Shown in pieces: positions 1 through 10,006 of a DNA stretch of 64,000 bases. The notes under the pieces are model-generated. The model ran no database searches and had not been told where the DNA came from. It worked only from the letters and a program-made list of their open reading frames with translations. Numbering within the stretch: position 1 is the stretch's first letter; every line of letters starts with the position of its first letter. The position numbers were made by a program, and so were the translations under genes. Origin of the DNA: Gemmatimonadales bacterium (GTDB lineage: Bacteria > Gemmatimonadota > Gemmatimonadetes > Gemmatimonadales > GWC2-71-9); assembly GCA_041613315.1 (NCBI GenBank), contig JBFJHJ010000004.1:32001-96000 (forward strand), in the 5' to 3' direction.

Positions 1-1527
1 GCGCACCTGCATGAAGTAGATATCGGTGCTGGAGACCCGCGCCTCGGGCCGCCCGGCGTCGGCCGCCCGGGCGTAGTACGAGATGAAGTCTCCCGGCTCG
101 AGCTCGTGCTCTTCGAGGTAGAAGGTGTGTCCCCCGGTCACCGCCTTCCGTGCGCCGCGTCCGTAGAGCGCGACCGTGCGCTCGGGGCCGCCGTTCACGG
201 CGTAGACGAGGTCCACGCGGGCGATCCCGTAATCGTCCTCCGCTTCGACTTCGGTGAACACCTCCTCGACCGCGGTGACCTGGAGGTCACGCCCCGGCGT
301 CCTGAACTTCACGACCGGCGGCTGGTCCTCGAGCACGTCGATCAGGTAGTCGGGCGATCCCCCGACGAGTCTTCCGTCCGACATGCGGAACGCGATGCGG
401 TAGAGCCCCTCCTCGCGCACGGTGACCTCGCCCACGAGCAGCCCATCGGCGTCGGGAAGGAGGGCGAGCGTGTCGCCTCGATCCACCACGATGGCGCCGC
501 CCGAGACGTCGATCGTGGACCGCACTTCGACGCGCACGCGTGTGCCACGGAGCGCCGCGATGTCACCGCCGTCCTCCACCCGCTGCGGCCGGAGGCCGGT
601 GTATGCGGGGAAGTGATACTCGAGCGCGATCGTCTTCACGTACGGGAGATCGACGACCGTGACCCGCACCAGAGGCGAACGGACGCCGCCTGCCTCGACG
701 AAGTACTCCGTCGGCTCGTCGAGATCGAACAGAAGGATCGAGCGATCCGCCGCCTCGTCTTCCACGGTCATCGGCCAGCGCTCCCACTCACCCGCGCCGC
801 GGCGGACCGCGATATCTACCCGGTCGGCATCGAAGTTCCGGAGCCGAGCGATGACCTTGAGGTCGCTGCCGCGGGCGACGACGGTGTCGCGGGGTGACAC
901 GATGATGGCGTACGGGGTGCCGCCGGCCGCCGGCTGCCACGGCGCGAGCACGAGGCCCGCGCCCTGGCGCACGAAGCCGGGACCGAGAAACAGAAAGAGC
1001 AGCGCCGTGAGCGTGGCACCGGCCAGCATGCCGGAGGAGCGCGTGACCGACCGCCGCTCGATCCCACGTCCGTTGTCGACCTGCGCGCACCGCTCGAGCG
1101 CCGATTCGACCAATCGCTCGATCAACGCCGCCGAATGCGGCTGATCCGTCGCGCCCTCGGGGCGCCCGAACTCGACCGCGCTCACCAGCGCCGCGTCGAG
1201 CGACGGCTCGTGTTCTTCCACGTAGAGTGCGACCCGCTCATCCGTGACGTCCCGCCGGAACGGGAGCACGAGATACCGGACGGCGAGCGCGGCCAGGGTG
1301 CCGTAGGCCACGATCCGGAAGAGCAGGATGGCCGTAGGCGTGAAGCGGAAGTAGTCGATCCCGTAGGCCGAGAGGAGGAGCACGGCGACGCCGGCGGCGA
1401 GCACGATGGCCGTGCCCGTGAGCAGGACCCGGAGGCGCCAGCGGCGCTTCACGGCACGGACCACGTCCAGGAGCCGCTCGCGGCTCGAGACGTGGCGGTG
1501 CTCGTCGCGATCGAAGAGACCTGGCAT
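1..1527 (-). CDS. DUF4175-like large membrane-anchored protein, N-terminal part (runs off the window edge)
   Basis: Not in the ORF track because it is open at the edge. ATG at 1527 follows a GAGGAG SD; the frame is open to base 1 (…SSTDIYFMQVR). N-terminal TM helices, then Ig-like segments (YTFPAYTG, DDYGI, YYARA), typical of the long gene downstream of BatA/DUF58 in MoxR loci. Confidence 0.7.
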   Translation of the reverse strand, partial: MPGLFDRDEHRHVSSRERLLDVVRAVKRRWRLRVLLTGTAIVLAAGVAVLLLSAYGIDYFRFTPTAILLFRIVAYGTLAALAVRYLVLPFRRDVTDERVALYVEEHEPSLDAALVSAVEFGRPEGATDQPHSAALIERLVESALERCAQVDNGRGIERRSVTRSSGMLAGATLTALLFLFLGPGFVRQGAGLVLAPWQPAAGGTPYAIIVSPRDTVVARGSDLKVIARLRNFDADRVDIAVRRGAGEWERWPMTVEDEAADRSILLFDLDEPTEYFVEAGGVRSPLVRVTVVDLPYVKTIALEYHFPAYTGLRPQRVEDGGDIAALRGTRVRVEVRSTIDVSGGAIVVDRGDTLALLPDADGLLVGEVTVREEGLYRIAFRMSDGRLVGGSPDYLIDVLEDQPPVVKFRTPGRDLQVTAVEEVFTEVEAEDDYGIARVDLVYAVNGGPERTVALYGRGARKAVTGGHTFYLEEHELEPGDFISYYARAADAGRPEARVSSTDIYFMQVR

Positions 1528-1537
1528 ACGTGGCTCC

Positions 1538-3604
1538 TCACACCGTGGCAGGCCCGCGCCGCGGGCGCCGGTTCGCCAGCACGGTCTCCGCCACCAGGAG
1601 CAGCAGGACCGCTACCAAAAGATACCACCACAGCCCCTGACGGCGTTCCCGTTCCTCCGGACTCAGCGTCACGTCGAGGCTGGCCGCCCGCGCCCCCGCC
1701 CCGGCGGCCGGCACGACGGCCGCCGCGAATTCGGTGGGGTCGAGGCGCGCGAGATCCGACTCCCGCGCGTCCAGGTTCACGGCGACGATGCGCCGCGCGG
1801 CGCCGTCCTTCCCGACGGGGCGAAGCTCGTAGAAGCCCTGCTCCTCGAACGACACGTATCGTGCGCCACCCCTCGTCTCCTCCATCACGCGCGCCCCAGA
1901 CGGCGCTTCGACCACCCATTCGGTGCGCGCCGCCGCGCCGGCTGCCGACGCATCCAGCGATCCGAGATCGAGCACGTCGCCCGCCGTGACCCAGGGATCG
2001 GCCGGCACGTAGCGCGCCAAGTAGCGGACGAGCTGGTGCACAAACGGCAGGAACACCGGCTGGACGGGCAGATCCCCCCAGAAGTTGTCGAACCCCGCGG
2101 TCCACACCATCACCCGGCCCGCCCCGACCCGGCGTTCCGCCAGCGCCACCGCACCGTCATCGAAGCGCGCCAGGACGCGCACGGAATCGTCGGGGTCGAA
2201 CCGCCGATAGCGGAAGATGCGGGCCGCGGTGAGGTCGCCGCTCCGCGGAGCACGGAACACCTCGAAGACGGGGTGGTCGTAGTCGAAGTCGGCGAGCGTG
2301 CCGCCGCGGTCAGCGAGGCGGTCGAGCGCTTGACCGGCCGTGCCCGGGAGGAGGCCGGCGGCCTGGCTTTGCGCCGTGCGCCGGCCCAGCACCACCAGGA
2401 GCCCGCCCCCGGCCTCCACGAACCGCCGCATGCGGCTCGCGGCGGCTGCGGTGGGGAGCGGCGCGTCGTTCACGATCACCACGGCGCGGCCTGCCAGCTC
2501 CTCCGCTCCGATCGCGCCCTGGCCGGTCGTCATGTCCATGGGCGGGTCGTCCCCGATCTCGAGCGCGCGCCGCACGTAGATCCGCTCGGCAGGAGGCGCG
2601 TCGGGATGCTCGACGAGTAGGACCGGGATCGCGCGCCGCGGTGTGATCACCGCATGGAAGCGATCGTCGGTCGGCAGCGCGTCGCCCGCGATCTCGACCG
2701 TGGCGCGCACCGGCCGGGACGGGACCGGCACGGGGGCGAACCGCGCCACCGCGCCACCGTTCGCCGGCAGCACCGCCAGAGCCGTCTCGACCGGGCTCCC
2801 GTCGATGCGGAGCGTCACCCGCTGCTCGGGGACGGGATCGGGACTGCGATTCACGACCCGCGCGGTGACGGCCACACGGTCCGGCCCGCTTCGCGACAGG
2901 CGCTCGACCGCGATCCCGGTGACCGCCACGTTGTGCGGCGCGGGATCGGACAGGTCCACCCGCGTGAGGCCGGCGCCCTCGGGCAGCCGCACCTGCTCGC
3001 TCCGGTCCCACCCGCTCGCCTGAAAGTCCGTGATGAGCACCGCCTCCCGGCGCGGCCGTTCCGACTGCTGGAGCAGCTCGCGGGCCAGCTCCAGGGCCGG
3101 GGCGTAGTGCGTGCCGCGCGCGCTGAGCGTCGCGCCATTGAGCGCCGCCTGCAGCACCGCGCCGTCGGCGGTCCGGGGCGACGCTGCGACGGCGCGGTCG
3201 GCGAAGAGCACGAGGGTCGCCCGATCGTCGGGCCCGAGGCCCTCCACCGCGCGACGCGCCGCCCGGACCCCGCGGTCCCACCGATCGCCGTAGCCCATGC
3301 TGTAGGAGTGGTCGAGCAGGATCACGACCTCGCGCCCGCCGCCCGTGGCGGTGATCCCGAGCGGCCGGTCGAGCAGCGGCCGGGCGAACGCCACGGCCAG
3401 CAGAACGACGGCGGCGGCCCTGAGGATGAAGAGCAGCCAGTGGCGGATGCGCTGCCGTTTCACCGAGCGGAACGGGATCTGGCGTAGGAACATCAGCGAC
3501 GGGAACGCGATCGGCTCGCGCCGTTGGCGCTGGGTGAGGTGGATGATCACCGGAATCGCCACCAGGCCGAGCCCGGCGAGGAAAAGCGGCGCGAGGAAGC
3601 TCAT
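1538..3604 (-). CDS. BatA N-terminal domain + vWA + CARDB/Ig-like + class-I GATase-like domain membrane protein
   Basis: Starts MSFLAPLFLAGLGLVAIPVIIHL…FPSLMFL…FARP (BatA/aerotolerance N-terminus); vWA MIDAS LDHSYSM and ITD; C-terminal NLDARESDL and TM LWWYLLVAVLLLLVAE. Confidence 0.85.
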   Translation of the reverse strand: MSFLAPLFLAGLGLVAIPVIIHLTQRQRREPIAFPSLMFLRQIPFRSVKRQRIRHWLLFILRAAAVVLLAVAFARPLLDRPLGITATGGGREVVILLDHSYSMGYGDRWDRGVRAARRAVEGLGPDDRATLVLFADRAVAASPRTADGAVLQAALNGATLSARGTHYAPALELARELLQQSERPRREAVLITDFQASGWDRSEQVRLPEGAGLTRVDLSDPAPHNVAVTGIAVERLSRSGPDRVAVTARVVNRSPDPVPEQRVTLRIDGSPVETALAVLPANGGAVARFAPVPVPSRPVRATVEIAGDALPTDDRFHAVITPRRAIPVLLVEHPDAPPAERIYVRRALEIGDDPPMDMTTGQGAIGAEELAGRAVVIVNDAPLPTAAAASRMRRFVEAGGGLLVVLGRRTAQSQAAGLLPGTAGQALDRLADRGGTLADFDYDHPVFEVFRAPRSGDLTAARIFRYRRFDPDDSVRVLARFDDGAVALAERRVGAGRVMVWTAGFDNFWGDLPVQPVFLPFVHQLVRYLARYVPADPWVTAGDVLDLGSLDASAAGAAARTEWVVEAPSGARVMEETRGGARYVSFEEQGFYELRPVGKDGAARRIVAVNLDARESDLARLDPTEFAAAVVPAAGAGARAASLDVTLSPEERERRQGLWWYLLVAVLLLLVAETVLANRRPRRGPATV

Positions 3605-3608
3605 CCGA

Positions 3609-4498
3609 TCACCGGACCCGGACCAGCCGCTCCCGGCGGGACAGGTACTCGAACAGCGCGAAGTCCAGCGGCGTCGACGTATCGAACAGGCAGTAGTCCA
3701 TCCGATCTTGCACCAGGAGGCGGCCCACTTCGGCGATGTGATCCGCCACCATGGTCCGGTACCGCTCCCGCAGCTCCTCCGGCACGACGGGAATCCGTTC
3801 CCCGCTCTCCAGATCCTCGAACTCGCCGGCACCCTCGAAGGGGAACGTCCGTTCAGCGGGGTCCAGCACGTGAAAGACGATCACGTCGTTGCCCTTGCCG
3901 CGGAGGTAGCGGACCGCCCGCGCCACCTCCTGCGGGTCTTCGTAGAAATCCGAGATCAGGACCAGGATGCTGCGGCGCCGCACGGTGTCGGCGATCTTGC
4001 GGAGCGGCCACGCCAGCGCTCCGGCCGCGCCGGGCCGCACGCGGTCGAGCTCGTGGAGCACCGTGTCCAGGTGCTTCGCGGACGGCGGCACGCGCTCCAC
4101 CACGTCCCGGTCGAACGTCACCAGGCCCACGCGGTCGCGCTGCTGGCGCGAGAAGTAGGTGAGACATGCGGCGAGGTACCGGGCGTAATCGAGCTTGGTG
4201 ATCGCCCCGCTGCCGAAGTCCATGGAGCGCGAGATGTCCAGCAGCACGCTGAAGTTGGTGTTCGTGTCGGCCTCGAATTCCTTCACGTAGAACCGGTCGG
4301 TCCGCCCGAAGACCCGCCAGTCGATGCGCCGGATGTCGTCGCCGGGCATGTACGCGCGGTGCTCGGCGAAATCGATGGACCGGCCCAGGTAGGGCGCGTG
4401 GTGCAGCCCGTTGATGAAGCCGTCCACCACCGTCCGCGCCAGCAGCTCGAGGGTGTCGATCCGCCCGAGGACGGCGGGGTCCAGGAAGCGAGGCGCCG

Positions 4499-4502
<4 letters not shown>
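3609..4502 (-). CDS. DUF58 family protein (MoxR-associated, vWA-like)
   Basis: GTG start overlaps the MoxR stop (GTGA); FAEHRAYMPGDDIRRIDWRVFGRTDRFYVKEFE, LDISRSM and ISDF motifs. Confidence 0.9.
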
Positions 4503-5527
<1,025 letters not shown>

Positions 5528-5633
5528 TAGGACCGTTATCCGTTCTCCGCGGTTCGTGCAGGTCTCGTGGGGGGCCATCCGCGATCAGCAATCCGTACGG
5601 TGCCGGATCGCGGACTGCAGATTGCCGAGCGCG

Positions 5634-6419
5634 TCAGTGCGTCATCGCATACACGATATAGTTGATCCCCAGCTTGTACGCCTCGTTCGAGAGGTCGATG
5701 GGGAAGAATCCCTGATCCGACCACTCCCAATATTCGCCGATATCGTTGTTGTAGTTCACGATCAGCATCAAGCGCTTCGCGGGGTCGTTGTCTTCGAACA
5801 CCCCGAAGTAGACGGCCTGCTCCGTGGTGATGTTCTCGTACGGATGGTGCGTCGGCAGCTGCTCGATGTCGAAGAAGGCGTGGAAGATCTGGTGCGACGC
5901 GTCGAGCGGCACGAGCTTGGCGCCCGGCAGGACCGTCTGCAGCTTCTCCGCGAAGTTGTACCACTGCGGCCCCACGAAGTCGTCGAAGATCAGAAACCCG
6001 CCCTTGTGCAGATAGCTCCGCAGATTCTCCGCCTCCTTGTCGCTCACCGTCCAGAAGCCCGGCTCCGACACGTACACGATCGGATACTGAAACAGCCGGG
6101 GGTCGTCCGCCGCCAGGATGTTGCCGCCGTCCATGTACGGCCGGATGGCGGTGAGCTCGCTCAGGAGCTTCATCAGGTTGCGCTCCGCCCGGGGGTAGTC
6201 GTGATCCCACTTGAGATCGCGCCCGCGGAAGAAGCCGCCGCCGCCGGCCCACCCGGGAAGCGGATCGTACCGCAGCCGGGCGAACGTGAACCGGCCGTCG
6301 TACGGCGTATTGTACCGTTCGTAGACCTCGTCGGCCGGCCGCCGGTTCTGCGCGGCCAGGGGCGGCGCCAACACGGCCAGCACGACGGCGAGTCCGGCCC
6401 ATCGGCTCATCGCGCGCAC
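5634..6419 (-). CDS. DUF4159 domain protein (secreted), paralog B
   Basis: Signal peptide; WDHDYPRAE, YLHKGGFLIFDDF, NNDIGEYWEW and AYKLGINYIVYAMTH motifs. Start GTG 6419 or ATG 6410. Confidence 0.85.
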   Translation of the reverse strand: MRAMSRWAGLAVVLAVLAPPLAAQNRRPADEVYERYNTPYDGRFTFARLRYDPLPGWAGGGGFFRGRDLKWDHDYPRAERNLMKLLSELTAIRPYMDGGNILAADDPRLFQYPIVYVSEPGFWTVSDKEAENLRSYLHKGGFLIFDDFVGPQWYNFAEKLQTVLPGAKLVPLDASHQIFHAFFDIEQLPTHHPYENITTEQAVYFGVFEDNDPAKRLMLIVNYNNDIGEYWEWSDQGFFPIDLSNEAYKLGINYIVYAMTH

Positions 6420-9035
6420 TTATGGCCTCCGTCCGCTCGAGCGCACGTCGAGCAGCAGCTCTTGCGCTTCGGCGAAGTTGGGGGCGATCTCCAACGCCTT
6501 GAGGACCGCGCGCCGCGCGCTCGCCGGGTCGCCGGCGCCCACGTGCGCGCGCGCCAGGCGGTACTGGGCCTCGGCCAGATCTACCGGCGCGAGCGCCAGC
6601 ACGGCGCGGCGCTCCCGCACGGCCCGATCCCACGTGCCCAGCGCTTCCGACAGCTCCGCCAATCGCACGTGGACCGCCATCTCGAACGGCGACACGTAGA
6701 TCGCGCGCTCGAGCGCGAGAGCCGCCTGGGCCGTGTCGCCCAGCGCCGCCCGGACCTCACTCAGCTGAAGCAGCGCTTGGTAGAAGGCGCCGTTCCGCGC
6801 GGTAAGCGCCGACAGCTCCCAAGCGGCCTGGGCCAGGGCGCCGCGCCGCCGGTGGACCTGCGCGAGATACCAGGCCGGGGCGTCGTCGCCGGCGTACTCG
6901 GGGAACAGCACCTTCGCCCGCTCGAGGAACGGGACCGCTTCGTCGAACCGCCCTTCGTCAAACAGCCGCCGCCCCATGGCGAGCTGTGCGGGAAAATCGG
7001 CGGGCGCGTTTTGCGCGCGCCGCGCCAACTCCTCGCCGCCCTCGATGGGCCTCGAGGCGACCGCGGCGAGCGGCACGGTGAACCGTTCGCGGAGATACCG
7101 CGTGAAGCGACGATCGAACGCCTCCGGCTCCATGCCCAGCGTCGCGCGGAACAGCTCGGGCGTCGGCGTGCCGTCGCGATACCCGTGGAGCAGCGCGACG
7201 AGCGCGGCGAACCCGTGCTCCTCGGCGATCAGCTCGCACACGAGCGATGCCTGATAGTAAGAGTGCAGCACCTGTTCCGGATACTCCGGCTGCGTGAACC
7301 CGCGGTTCAGCTCGCTCACGGGCACGAGGCGGCCCCGCAGGAAGGCTTGCAGGAACCCGGGCGTCACGCCCTGGCCCCACCCGGGGCGCGCTTGTCGCTC
7401 CTCGTACACGGCGAGGCCTTCGCTGAGCCAGCGGGGCACGCGGTGCGCCGTCATCCCCAGATGGAACGTGTGGGCCAGCTCGTGCCACAGGGTAGAGCCC
7501 CAGCTGAACTCACCCGTCGGAAGCGCCGACGGCGAGTCCATCGCGATCACGGGGCCAAAGCTCACTCCGAGTGCGCCGAGGCCAACGAGACCGATCGTAC
7601 GCACCGAAAAGTCGGCGTGCCGATCGAACACCTCGATGCGTACCGGCACGGAGGGCCGATACCCGTACCGCGCCGTCAGGCGGTCGTAGGCTTCTTCGGC
7701 GAGCGCCGGCAGGTACAGGGCGAGCACGTCGGCCTCCGCCGGTGCGCTCACCATCCGAAACCGTGCCGAGCCGTGCTCGGCGTAGCGCGCCAGCACGTCG
7801 AGCAGGTCCAGGGTGTTCTTGGTCCAGACGTCGTACGGATCGCCGGCGAACGCGGTCTCCAGACTGCGCCGCCCGGCGTCCATCGCGCCGGTCCGCAGCT
7901 GGTTGACCCCCAGCACTGCGTGCCCCCGCCAGGCGCGCTCGTCGAGCGTCACGGCCTGCGTGGCGAACGCCACGGCGTCGCGATAGCGCCGGTTGCGCGC
8001 CGCGGCGTCAGCGAGGGTGACGTAGAGATCCGCGTAGCGCGGGTTCCTCGCCAGGGCGCGGCGGCGCGCGTCCTCGAACGCCGCCCGGTCGCCCTGGAGC
8101 TCCCGGACGGCGGCGAGCATCGAGAGCGCCTCCAGCGACACCGGGTTCACCGCGAGCGCGCGTTCCAGCTCGCCGGCCGCATGCGCGTAGGCCTCCGACT
8201 CGAGGTGGAGCCGTGCCAAGAGGACGCGAGCAGCTACCAGGTTCGGGTTGGAGGCAAGGCTGCGCTCGACCGCCGCCCGCGCCTCTGCGGAGCCTTCGAA
8301 ATGAAGGGCTCGTGCCAGCCCGAGTAATGCGCCCGCATGCCGCGGGTTTCGCCGAAGCACCTCGTCGAACGCCGCACGCGCGTCCGTACCGTTGTACTTG
8401 TCGAGGAATAAGTGCCCCAACGCGACCTGGGCATCGAGGTTGTCCGGGTCGGCGGCGATCGCCTGGTCGTACGCCCGCAACGCGTCTTTGAACAGCTGTG
8501 GATCGCGCACGCCGAGATAGCTCACGGCCCGGGCAACCGCGGCCAGCTCGGCGGACGTGAGGCGGGCCGCCCGGTTGTACGCCGAGATGAACCCGTCGAA
8601 CGCGCGCCACGCGGCGTCACGGTCGCCTGCGTCGTACTGGAGGATCGCGCGGTTCAGCGTGGCGACAAGACTGTCCGACGCACCGCCCGCCACCGCCCGG
8701 CCGAACGCGGTCTCAGCCCCGGCCACCTCGCCTCGCAGCGCGAGCACCTCGCCCAGGTCGTTCCATACTTCGGCCGACGCCGCGTGCGACTGGGTGTAGG
8801 TCCGCGCGGCGGCGATCGCCTCGTCGTAGCGCCCCGTCGCCGCGAGGGCACGGGCGAGGCCACGGGCCGCCCGGGGGTCGTCTTTCGGCGCGAGCCGCCG
8901 ATACTGGCTGACCGCCTCGTCATACCGGCCCGCGGTGAACGCGGCGCGCGCCGTCGCGAGCGACTGCCCCGTGAGCGCTCCGGGGGCGAACGCCACGAGC
9001 GCGGCAACGAGGCCGGCGCGCACGGGGCGGCTCAC
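6420..9035 (-). CDS. Secreted TPR-repeat protein with central peptidase MA-like (gluzincin) domain
   Basis: GTG start overlaps the upstream stop; signal peptide; many TPR repeats; LWHELAHTF (HExxH) plus downstream PRWLSEGLAVYEE. Confidence 0.85.
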   Translation of the reverse strand: MSRPVRAGLVAALVAFAPGALTGQSLATARAAFTAGRYDEAVSQYRRLAPKDDPRAARGLARALAATGRYDEAIAAARTYTQSHAASAEVWNDLGEVLALRGEVAGAETAFGRAVAGGASDSLVATLNRAILQYDAGDRDAAWRAFDGFISAYNRAARLTSAELAAVARAVSYLGVRDPQLFKDALRAYDQAIAADPDNLDAQVALGHLFLDKYNGTDARAAFDEVLRRNPRHAGALLGLARALHFEGSAEARAAVERSLASNPNLVAARVLLARLHLESEAYAHAAGELERALAVNPVSLEALSMLAAVRELQGDRAAFEDARRRALARNPRYADLYVTLADAAARNRRYRDAVAFATQAVTLDERAWRGHAVLGVNQLRTGAMDAGRRSLETAFAGDPYDVWTKNTLDLLDVLARYAEHGSARFRMVSAPAEADVLALYLPALAEEAYDRLTARYGYRPSVPVRIEVFDRHADFSVRTIGLVGLGALGVSFGPVIAMDSPSALPTGEFSWGSTLWHELAHTFHLGMTAHRVPRWLSEGLAVYEERQARPGWGQGVTPGFLQAFLRGRLVPVSELNRGFTQPEYPEQVLHSYYQASLVCELIAEEHGFAALVALLHGYRDGTPTPELFRATLGMEPEAFDRRFTRYLRERFTVPLAAVASRPIEGGEELARRAQNAPADFPAQLAMGRRLFDEGRFDEAVPFLERAKVLFPEYAGDDAPAWYLAQVHRRRGALAQAAWELSALTARNGAFYQALLQLSEVRAALGDTAQAALALERAIYVSPFEMAVHVRLAELSEALGTWDRAVRERRAVLALAPVDLAEAQYRLARAHVGAGDPASARRAVLKALEIAPNFAEAQELLLDVRSSGRRP

Positions 9036-10006
9036 GGGCGCCCCGTCCCTTCGCGCTCGCGGATTGCCCGCCCGTTCTCGGCGAGGGCGATCAGCAGCTC
9101 CTCGAGCTGGCGTTCGTAGGCCTCGGCGGCCATGGCGGCCTTGCGCTGCCGGAGGGCGGCGAGGCGGCGCTCGAGCTCCCCTTTCTCTCGGTAGAGCCGC
9201 GCGAGAAGCGGATCGTCCGCGCTCGCCGCCGCGACCGCGACGCGACCGAACACGATCGTCCGCGCCAGCGCTCCATCGGCGGTGTCGGGCCCCGGGTCCG
9301 CGGTGCCCGCACCGTCCCCGTCGTCGTCGAGCAGGGCGTGTTCCGTCAAGAGTCGCCGATCGCTCTCGTACTCCCGGGCGACCCCGCGCCGCGCAAACAG
9401 GAACGCCTCCAGGAGCGACACGCTCCCATCTTTGTCGGTGTCGGCGCCGTCGCCGGTCAACGCGTCCACGAAGTACCGCGGAAACCGCGTCTGATTCCGC
9501 TCGTGGCCGGACTTGGTCGCGGTGATCACGATGCGGCCGGGACCGGAGAGAACCGGCACGAAGCCGCCGCTCGCGCTCGCGGTGTTGATTACGGCGACGC
9601 GGCGCGCCGCGAAGCCCGAGAGCAGGGCCGCCAACTCGGCCGCCGAGAGATCGGGGCCGGGGAGATTGAACTGCGGCTCGCCCCGGTCGCTGCCGTGGCC
9701 GATCAGCACGAGCACCACGGGGTCGTCGGGCCCGGCCCGGGCCGCGATCGCACGCAGCGTCCGCTCCACGTTCGCCTTGGTTGATCGTGTCGCGGTGCGC
9801 GTCGGGTTCTCGCTCAAGTAGATCACGTGGGAGTCGGGAAGCCCGAGTCGCGGCGCCGCGGCCGCCAGCGCCGATGCCCACTCGTGGAATGACGCCCGAC
9901 TCGGCGCGTCCCCGGCGATGCCGGTCACGACCACGAGGTAGCCCTGCCCGGCGGCGGGGGTCGCGGCGGCCGCCCACAGGACGAGCGTCAGCGCGGCGCG
10001 CCTCAC
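9032..10006 (-). CDS. Secreted caspase/C13-like (CHF-fold) protein with C-terminal coiled coil
   Basis: Signal peptide; LVLIGHGS, INTASASGGF, RIVITAT and ADTDKDGSVSLLEAF motifs resemble the caspase-hemoglobinase fold; C-terminal heptad helix. Confidence 0.6.
   Translation of the reverse strand: MRRAALTLVLWAAAATPAAGQGYLVVVTGIAGDAPSRASFHEWASALAAAAPRLGLPDSHVIYLSENPTRTATRSTKANVERTLRAIAARAGPDDPVVLVLIGHGSDRGEPQFNLPGPDLSAAELAALLSGFAARRVAVINTASASGGFVPVLSGPGRIVITATKSGHERNQTRFPRYFVDALTGDGADTDKDGSVSLLEAFLFARRGVAREYESDRRLLTEHALLDDDGDGAGTADPGPDTADGALARTIVFGRVAVAAASADDPLLARLYREKGELERRLAALRQRKAAMAAEAYERQLEELLIALAENGRAIREREGTGRP

Noticed and set aside
5556..8327. 923-aa plus-strand ORF and other long antisense ORFs (e.g. 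10855-12765, 14165-16096, 16939-19497, 57838-59916)
   Set aside because: Shadow ORFs opposite well-supported genes. High GC suppresses stop codons, and the translations are Arg/Pro/Gly-rich with no motifs.
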